This document shows, one piece after another, positions 57,556 to 64,000 of a DNA stretch of 64,000 nucleotides. A model generated the notes under the pieces. It saw only the letters and a list, made by a program, of their open reading frames with translations. It had not been told where the DNA came from and did no database searches. Both the position numbers and the translations under genes were made by a program. The number at the start of each line of letters is the position of its first letter. Position 1 is the first letter of the stretch. This stretch comes from Fidelibacterota bacterium (GTDB taxonomy: Bacteria > Fidelibacterota > Marinisomatia > Marinisomatales > JAHJCW01), in contig JBHPLN010000001.1 in the NCBI GenBank assembly GCA_042564205.1, positions 142,900 to 206,899 of the forward strand, written 5' to 3'.

Positions 57556-60500
57556 TTGTTTCACGTGAAACAAATACGGTATCAGTTCCACGATTTTTCA
57601 TGGAACTAAGTAAAAACAAGTACTTCAAAGATGCTTTTTTACATGATCAAATTTCTATCTCTTGCTCATCCATATCAGCGATTGGAATCATATTATTAGC
57701 GCGTCTCAATTTTTTTAAATCGAATCTAATTTTGTCGTGTCCGGATTTTTCTTTAGCTGAACAGTTGTATCGCCAGTGTTATAATCTTTGTCCAGACTTT
57801 GTATATTTTTTCCCAGAAGACAGAAGCCCCGAAAATACTGTTCCTGGCTTTAACCTTGAACAAGACCGGTATCGATCTGAGGTGAGTCTCTTTATTTATT
57901 CATCAAACAAAAAGGGTTTAATTATAACCACTTCTAAGGCGTGTCACGTCCCTTATTTTACGACAGCTTCATACAACAATAAGGTTTTTTCGTTATTTGT
58001 TGGAGCAGATATAATACACTCAGATTTCATTAAGTTGTTAGCGTCCTGGGGGTATGAGCAGGCCGACACAACAATAACACCAAAAACTTTTTCTCTTCGT
58101 GGTGGCATCATTGATGTGTTTCTTTTGAATTCATCGTATCCATTACGAATAGAATTATTTGGTTCAAAAATTGAATCATTACGGTTGTTTAATCCCTTAT
58201 CGCAAAGAAAAGTCGAAAATATTAACAATATTGATATCCTGGTGCCCCATGCTCCTGAAGATTTGGGTATGAACAAAAAATCTCTGATAAATATCGCCCC
58301 AGAGAAGTTCAAGCATTTATCTTTAGAACGCCATAACCGTTCATTTTCCTTAAATGTATTAAGCGAACAAGTTGACCTCGTACACATTCACTGTGATCCC
58401 CCCTTATCAAAAGATCTTTCTGTCGGCCCTATGCATAATAATATCAACAGCATACGCAGGTTAGTTTTAAGTTTTAGTAGCAATTCTGTGTATGTGTTTA
58501 CCGAGTCTTCCAAACAACAAGCACAGCTGAATCCATTATTAAATCAGCCAGTAATATTTGTTGAAGGCATATTAGAAAAGGGTTTTTATCTTCCTGATAT
58601 CGACATAGGATGTGTCTCATATTCTGATATTTTTAACCACCTACCGCAGATTAATTCTAGGTGGTCCATTGAGTCAGATAGTAACCAAAAGCATCAAGCC
58701 TTTTCAAAATTAGAAAATCTAGCTTGGGGTGATTATTTAGTTCATAAAGATTTTGGAATTGGCGTTTATAAAGGTATGCACAAAGTAAAAAACAAATTAC
58801 AAATCGACCAGGAATGCATTAAAATCGAATATGCAAATGGCGGTCTAGTTTACGTTCCGATAGATCGTTTCTCAAAAATTCATAAGCTTATAAGCGCTGG
58901 TAAAAAAGTGCCTGTAATTGCCTCTCTCGGAACAAATCGATGGGATTACCAAAAGCGCAAAGCGAAAGAATCAGCCCAAAAAATTGTGAATGAGATGATA
59001 GACTTTCACGCTTCCAAATCTCAAGATCGTGGTTTTTTATATGACCCAAACGATCAATTCTACTATGCCTTAGTATCTACATTTCCATTTATTGAAACAG
59101 AAGACCAAACTTCATCTATTCAAGCGACAATAGCGGACATGGAAAAACCAAAGCCCATGGATCGTTTGATCTGTGGAGACGTTGGGTTTGGTAAAACAGA
59201 AGTCGCACTTCGTGCCGCAATAAAGGCCATTGCCAGTGGTAAACAGGTTCTTTTACTAGCCCCAACTACTATCCTAGCAGATCAACATTTTATTTCTACA
59301 AAATTGCGTTTTGATCCCCTCGGGGCGCGTGTGGAATTATTATCTAGGTTTAAAACGAAGAAAGAGCAGCTCAATATATTGAGCCTTATGCAGAGTGGTC
59401 AGGTCGATATAGTCGTTGGTACGCACCGTCTCCTGTCAGACGATATTCATATTAAGGATTTGGGTTTATTGATAATTGATGAAGAACATAGATTTGGTGT
59501 AAAGCACAAAGAGAAGATAAGGCTATTGAAACAAAATGTTGATGTATTAACACTGTCAGCTACCCCCATTCCTCGCACGCTTCAGCAGGCCCTAGTCGGA
59601 TATCGGGATATAAGCCGTATAACGACTCCTCCAAAAACACGTAAGCCTATACGTACTTTTGTTGAATTCTTTCATTGGGATATAATAAAAAAAACACTGA
59701 ATTATGAAATCTCTAGAAATGGACAGGCTTATTTTCTACATAATAATATTACAGAACTTCCATTTTATTATAATAAAATTAATGAATTATTTCCCGATAG
59801 GGCAATTGCCATAGCACATAGTCAGACCCCTAGTCGTGAGTTAGAAAAAATCGTTTTATCGTATTTTAACGGTGATATAGATATCCTTATTTGTACTACA
59901 ATTATTGAGTCTGGATTGGATGTTTCAAATGCCAATACAATCATCATTAATAATGCCCATAAATTCGGTTTGTCACAACTGTATCAAATACGTGGACGAG
60001 TTGGAAGAAGCTACCGCCAAGCATATTGCTATTTAATACTTCCACTGAAACAATCATTTGGATCCGATGCCCTGCAAAGGCTAAAGGCTATTGAACAATT
60101 TACCTCCCTCGGCTCGGGTTATGACATCGCCACTAAAGATTTAGAAATTCGAGGGGCTGGAAATCTGTTTGGATATCAGCAAAGCGGTCATATTTCATCG
60201 GTTGGCTTTGAATTGTATTGCTCTTTACTTCAAGAGGCATTTGATGAGTCGTCTGGCAAGGCTTCAAAAAAAATTGAACCTACCAGAATTATTATTGATA
60301 AACCAACATTATTAGAATCTGATTATGTTCCCCTTGCCCAAGATCGACTTTTTTTCTATCAGCAGTTGGCGGAGACAAACAACCAGGAGCATGTAAAAGA
60401 TCTTGAACTAGAATTAAGAGATCGGTTTGGTCCATTGCCTAATTCAGCCAGCAGGCTCCTTATCGCAACCCGATATCGTGTCGCTCTATCGGGATCCAGT

Positions 60501-60734
60501 GTTTCTCATCTATATTTAAAAACAAAAAAAGTTGCTGTTAGCTTAAGAGCTCCGGATCCATTTAAGAGTACTGAAGCTTTGATTGCTGCCGTTTCTAGTT
60601 TTGCGAAAAAGAACAGACTACGTTTTAATCTTTCTGTTCAGCCGAATAATCGTTTAGAATTAAATATTCATTCGGAATCCCGGGAAGATTCCTGTCGAAT
60701 GGCAGAATGGCTTGTATCTCTGTTTTCTATTTGA
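57552..60734 (+). CDS. mfd: Transcription-repair coupling factor
   Basis: 1060 aa. CarD/RNAP-interaction region (GDYLVHKDFGIGVYKG), superfamily-2 translocase Walker A GDVGFGKTEVALRA, DEEHRFGV, and the TRG motif region (QLYQIRGRVGRS). Confidence 0.96.
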   Translation: MIVSRETNTVSVPRFFMELSKNKYFKDAFLHDQISISCSSISAIGIILLARLNFFKSNLILSCPDFSLAEQLYRQCYNLCPDFVYFFPEDRSPENTVPGFNLEQDRYRSEVSLFIYSSNKKGLIITTSKACHVPYFTTASYNNKVFSLFVGADIIHSDFIKLLASWGYEQADTTITPKTFSLRGGIIDVFLLNSSYPLRIELFGSKIESLRLFNPLSQRKVENINNIDILVPHAPEDLGMNKKSLINIAPEKFKHLSLERHNRSFSLNVLSEQVDLVHIHCDPPLSKDLSVGPMHNNINSIRRLVLSFSSNSVYVFTESSKQQAQLNPLLNQPVIFVEGILEKGFYLPDIDIGCVSYSDIFNHLPQINSRWSIESDSNQKHQAFSKLENLAWGDYLVHKDFGIGVYKGMHKVKNKLQIDQECIKIEYANGGLVYVPIDRFSKIHKLISAGKKVPVIASLGTNRWDYQKRKAKESAQKIVNEMIDFHASKSQDRGFLYDPNDQFYYALVSTFPFIETEDQTSSIQATIADMEKPKPMDRLICGDVGFGKTEVALRAAIKAIASGKQVLLLAPTTILADQHFISTKLRFDPLGARVELLSRFKTKKEQLNILSLMQSGQVDIVVGTHRLLSDDIHIKDLGLLIIDEEHRFGVKHKEKIRLLKQNVDVLTLSATPIPRTLQQALVGYRDISRITTPPKTRKPIRTFVEFFHWDIIKKTLNYEISRNGQAYFLHNNITELPFYYNKINELFPDRAIAIAHSQTPSRELEKIVLSYFNGDIDILICTTIIESGLDVSNANTIIINNAHKFGLSQLYQIRGRVGRSYRQAYCYLILPLKQSFGSDALQRLKAIEQFTSLGSGYDIATKDLEIRGAGNLFGYQQSGHISSVGFELYCSLLQEAFDESSGKASKKIEPTRIIIDKPTLLESDYVPLAQDRLFFYQQLAETNNQEHVKDLELELRDRFGPLPNSASRLLIATRYRVALSGSSVSHLYLKTKKVAVSLRAPDPFKSTEALIAAVSSFAKKNRLRFNLSVQPNNRLELNIHSESREDSCRMAEWLVSLFSI
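57557..57572. other. parS centromere site, exact consensus TGTTTCACGTGAAACA
   Basis: Perfect 16-bp palindrome identical to the ParB-binding parS consensus. Lies within codons 3-7 of mfd, just after the mnmG/mfd ATGA junction. Confidence 0.8.
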
Positions 60735-60755
60735 TTCTTTGTTTAATTTCATATC

Positions 60756-61568
60756 ATGCATATTAAAAAACTTATACCCTCTGTTTTTATTTTTGGGTCA
60801 CTGATCATTGGTTCGTGTTCGCAAAAAACTCCTTCAGCAGATCAAATAATTGCACGTGTGGGATCAAGTTATCTTACAAAAAAAGAAGTAGGCAAGCTCT
60901 TGCTTGAACACGGAAGCAAACCCCCAACCATCAGTACTATAGTTACCCGGTGGATTAATACTGAGCTTTTATACCAGGCAGCGTTAGATAAAGAGCTTGA
61001 TCGTGACCTTCGGTTACAAAATAGAATTCATGAATACTCTAAACAACTATTAGGTAGTGCTTTTTTAGAAAACTTGTCGTTATCAGGAAATATCGTAACG
61101 AACGACTCCATTAAATCGTATTATATAAATAATAAATCTGATTTTTTACAGCCAGATGCTAGTGCAAAATTATATCATTTCATTTTTGATGAAGAAAACG
61201 AAGCGCAAGAACTAGTTGATAAACTACGTAAGCCTTCTCGAAATTTTGATCGGAAGGAGCTTTTTTCACAATATCATATTGATTTAAAAACTGTCTACAA
61301 AGGCTCGCTAATACCAGTTCTTGATAATGCGGTTTTTAATAATCGTTCCTCAAAAGCTGTTCTTGACCCTATCCGTTCAAATTATGGATTTCACGTAATT
61401 GAAATATTAGATCGTTCAAAACAGGGTAGCCAGATGGGATTAGATGAGGTTTACGATGAAATATATCAACGGTTGATTAATAAATATACTGCACAACGAA
61501 CTTTAAGGATTTTGGATAGTTTAAAAACAACTTTACAAATTGAATTATTTTTGGAGAATATTAAATGA
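60756..61568 (+). CDS. Parvulin-type peptidyl-prolyl isomerase lipoprotein (PpiC/PrsA/SurA-like)
   Basis: 270 aa. Lipobox LIIGSCS. Single parvulin-like domain (YHFIF...SNYGFHVIEI). Confidence 0.75.
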   Translation: MHIKKLIPSVFIFGSLIIGSCSQKTPSADQIIARVGSSYLTKKEVGKLLLEHGSKPPTISTIVTRWINTELLYQAALDKELDRDLRLQNRIHEYSKQLLGSAFLENLSLSGNIVTNDSIKSYYINNKSDFLQPDASAKLYHFIFDEENEAQELVDKLRKPSRNFDRKELFSQYHIDLKTVYKGSLIPVLDNAVFNNRSSKAVLDPIRSNYGFHVIEILDRSKQGSQMGLDEVYDEIYQRLINKYTAQRTLRILDSLKTTLQIELFLENIK

Positions 61569-62866
61569 TTGTTGATTCATTAAAGCAAACCTGCTTATTT
61601 CTTCTATTAATTGTCTTTTCTCTGGGTTTTTCCCAGGAACAAAAACCAACAATCGAGGGCATCGCTGCTATAGTTGGAGATAATATTATACTAAAAAGCG
61701 AATTGTCTCAATTGGTCAATATGACAGCAATTCAACAGGAAATTCGTCCCGATCAAAACTCTGAACGCTTTCTACAGCTTCAGGAGCAATTATTACAATC
61801 GATTATAGATCAAAAGATTGTGCTGGAAATGGCCAAGCTGGATACTGATGTTGTTGTAAAAGAAAAAGACGTAAACAATGCTCTTGATATGCAAATCGAA
61901 AAAATCATTACGCAAACAGGGTCTGAAGAACGGGCAGAGCTTGCATTAGGACAATCGCTGCTGGAGTTTCGTAGGGATTTTTGGTACGACATTAGAGACC
62001 GCCTTATTACTGAGCAATTCCAGCAATCTTTACTAACTCAAATATCTGTTAATAGAAATGAGGTGGTTGAGTTTTATAACACCTTCAGAGACAGCTTACC
62101 ATTGTTTCCAACTCAAATTAAACTTCGTCACTTACTTGTGACGATTAGTCCAAATGATCAAGAAAAACAGAAAACCCGCGCATTATTAGATAGTCTACGG
62201 CTTGAAATCATAAATGGCGCTTCATTTGAAACATTAGCAGCAACTTATTCTCAAGATCCGGGATCGCGTAATAGCGGAGGAGCGCTTGGTTTAGTCAAGC
62301 GAGGATCACTGGTTAGCGCATTTGAAGAAACTGCCTTTTTATTGGAACCAGGGGAAGTTAGCAATGTTGTTGAAACAACGTTTGGGTATCACATAATACA
62401 GACAACGGCAAAACAAGGTGAAAAAATTCAAGTGCGCCATATTCTCATTAAGCCCGAGGTTACCGATAAAGACGAATCTGAGTCATATCGTTTTGCCTCA
62501 ACTTTAAGAGACTCAGCTACAACACTAGACAAATTTATTGGGCTTATAAGTAATCACTCAAGCGATGAACGTACAAAAAATATTGGCGGTGAATTAGGCT
62601 GGATAAATCCTGATAATTATCACATAGCAGAAATTGGTCAAGTGGTTGGATTATTAAATATCAACGAATGCAGCCCTCCCGTTAAAACTGAATATGGACT
62701 CCATCTTTTGTGGATTGAAGATGTCAAGCCTGGGGGCGTTCCGGAAGTGGACAAACATTGGAATGACATTGAAGCCATGGCATTGAATAAAAAGAAAATG
62801 GATTGGTATCAAGAATGGATAGAAAATGCACGGCAGCAGTTTTATGTTGATGTCAAGACGGATTAA
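61565..62866 (+). CDS. surA: SurA-like periplasmic chaperone with two parvulin PPIase domains
   Basis: 433 aa with a signal peptide and a SurA N-domain-like region. Two parvulin domains (GGALGLVKRGSLVSAFEE...FGYHIIQ and GGELGWINP...EYGLHLLWI). ATGA overlap with the preceding PPIase gene. Confidence 0.82.
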   Translation: MIVDSLKQTCLFLLLIVFSLGFSQEQKPTIEGIAAIVGDNIILKSELSQLVNMTAIQQEIRPDQNSERFLQLQEQLLQSIIDQKIVLEMAKLDTDVVVKEKDVNNALDMQIEKIITQTGSEERAELALGQSLLEFRRDFWYDIRDRLITEQFQQSLLTQISVNRNEVVEFYNTFRDSLPLFPTQIKLRHLLVTISPNDQEKQKTRALLDSLRLEIINGASFETLAATYSQDPGSRNSGGALGLVKRGSLVSAFEETAFLLEPGEVSNVVETTFGYHIIQTTAKQGEKIQVRHILIKPEVTDKDESESYRFASTLRDSATTLDKFIGLISNHSSDERTKNIGGELGWINPDNYHIAEIGQVVGLLNINECSPPVKTEYGLHLLWIEDVKPGGVPEVDKHWNDIEAMALNKKKMDWYQEWIENARQQFYVDVKTD

Positions 62867-63251
62867 TTATTTACCTGTTTTCCACAAAATCCAACGTTAC
62901 TTATCCACAAATTAATTAACATAGTGTTTTGTAGATTAATTTGATAGCTAGAATGTTCATCTAAAACTTTATCCACATTTTCCCCAGACGTATCCACATC
63001 AAGCTTTGGTTTAAATAAGGTCATTCAAGTCTATTTGCATAAATAAATTCGCTCGAAAATTGATTGAATTAGTCACAGTATTAACAGGGTAAAAAAATAA
63101 TATATCTTTAAATAATATATTTATTTTTATTATTTTTCCTCTCTACATAAACGAAAAATTCGTAGGATTTAGTGCACGATTTAGGTAACATTCTAAGCTC
63201 ATTAAAATGATTATTTCTATTATGTCAACTCAATAATTTTTAAGGTTATTT
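62867..63251 (+). other. Candidate oriC: four co-oriented DnaA boxes plus an AT-rich unwinding-type element, upstream of dnaN
   Basis: Boxes read directly: TTTTCCACA 62878-62886, TTATCCACA 62901-62909, TTATCCACA 62969-62977, GTATCCACA 62990-62998. There is a 47-nt tract at 63091-63137 containing a single C. AATAATATAT is repeated at 63096-63105 and 63111-63120. Confidence 0.6.
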
Positions 63252-64000
63252 ATGAAAATATCTACTTCAAAATCCGAACTTCAACATGCACTTCAAAAGC
63301 TTTCTAAAGCAACTCCATCGCGATCAACACTACCTATATTAAGTTTTGTTTTATTTAAAGTGGATAAAAAAGAAACAGTTCTTAGAAGCACTGATTTAGA
63401 AATAACAATTGTTACAAAATTACCCACGACCATTGAAAAAACAGGCCAAGCTACAATCCCATTACAGACTCTTTTAGAAATCACAAACGAATTAGGAGAC
63501 GAACGGATTACAATCGCAACAGATGATCAAAATAAAGTAAAATTAATTACAGATACTGGAAAATATGATTTAATGGGAAAAGCACCTGAAGAGTTTCCAG
63601 CCTTACCGGACATAGATAGTCAAAAATCAATTGGACTTTCCTTCGAAACACTAAAAGAGATAATTAATACAACCAGCTTTGCCGTAAGCCGCGATGAATT
63701 AAAACCAGCGTTGACTGGTGTTTATTTTAAATTTGAAAAAGAAGGCCTAACCGCCGTTGCAACCGATGGACACCGGTTAGTTAGATGTATTTGTAAGGAT
63801 TTTCAAGCTAAAGAATTCATAGGCGATGTAATTATTCCAAAAAAATTCTTAACACTGCTAAGCTCTCTTTCATCTTCTGACGAAAACACAGAATTATCGC
63901 TTGGTGAAAACCATCTCACAGCCGAGCTAGGAGATGATACGATTTACACCAGAGTAATTGATGAACGTTTCCCTGATTTTGAAAGCGTAATTCCCACGGA
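63252..64000 (+). CDS. dnaN: DNA polymerase III beta sliding clamp (5-prime partial, runs off the window)
   Basis: Absent from the ORF track because there is no stop in the window. ATG 63252 translates to MKISTSKSELQHALQKLSKATPSRSTLPILSFVLFKV...ELKPALTGVYFKFEKEGLTAVATDGHRLV, a typical DnaN domain I/II sequence. Confidence 0.93.
   Translation, partial: MKISTSKSELQHALQKLSKATPSRSTLPILSFVLFKVDKKETVLRSTDLEITIVTKLPTTIEKTGQATIPLQTLLEITNELGDERITIATDDQNKVKLITDTGKYDLMGKAPEEFPALPDIDSQKSIGLSFETLKEIINTTSFAVSRDELKPALTGVYFKFEKEGLTAVATDGHRLVRCICKDFQAKEFIGDVIIPKKFLTLLSSLSSSDENTELSLGENHLTAELGDDTIYTRVIDERFPDFESVIPT

Noticed and set aside
55664-57572. The GTTTCACGTGAAAC palindromes as a LexA/SOS box (mfd is a repair gene) or as Rex/CRP-type operators
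   Set aside because: The exact 16/16 match to parS is a far better explanation. The same motif is absent upstream of uvrA, ruvB and ssb in this window, and its half-site order is the reverse of Rex/CRP-type sites.
57953-58387. 144-aa minus-strand ORF inside mfd
   Set aside because: It is antisense to the conserved Mfd coding sequence, has no motifs, and is probably a by-product of AT-rich codon usage.
63293-63484. 63-aa minus-strand ORF
   Set aside because: It lies antisense within the dnaN coding sequence, which the track omits only because it runs off the window.
1-64000. Search for CRISPR arrays, tRNA/rRNA genes, IS elements, integrases, phage genes, toxin-antitoxin pairs or a defence island
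   Set aside because: No spaced direct-repeat arrays and no cloverleaf-like or rRNA-like stretches in the short spacers. No transposase, recombinase or phage-like ORFs. Every long ORF has a housekeeping or ordinary envelope/metabolic assignment, so I cannot support a novel multi-gene system here.

Overview
This window is a densely coding chromosomal segment close to the replication origin of a diderm (Gram-negative-type) bacterium. It looks moderately AT-rich by eye, and most genes have Shine-Dalgarno sites. The lineage cannot be assigned from sequence alone. The gene content (ExbB-ExbD-ExbD-TonB, SurA, many secreted peptidases) would fit an uncultured FCB-group-like organism, but that is a guess.

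I can support about 57 protein genes, almost all housekeeping:
- Replication and repair: dnaA, dnaN (partial), ssb, ruvB, uvrA, mfd.
- The conserved origin block: rpmH-yidD-yidC-mnmE-mnmG.
- Lipid A genes: lpxB, lpxK, a DUF374 protein, plus two putative modification enzymes.
- A type-B dihaem succinate:quinone oxidoreductase operon.
- fabA with an enoyl-reductase-like SDR.
- ppdK and a tryptophanase/tyrosine phenol-lyase family enzyme.
- Several metallopeptidases (M32, M1, M28-PDZ, S41).
- Transporters (an ABC-2 exporter, two EamA, one MFS) and an ExbBD-TonB module.

I found no rRNA, tRNA, CRISPR array, transposase, integrase, phage gene or recognisable defence island. I do not see a convincing novel multi-gene system.

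The most interesting signals are at the DNA level and are not explained by the ORF track:
- Two parS centromere palindromes bracket mnmG.
- There are two separate DnaA-box clusters. One abuts dnaA. The other has an AT-rich unwinding-type element upstream of dnaN, which lies 11 kb from dnaA.
- rnpA is absent from between rpmH and yidD.
- An ABC permease appears to start at an ATA codon with a strong SD.
- A GnnA-like and an LmtA-like gene sit inside the lpx cluster.
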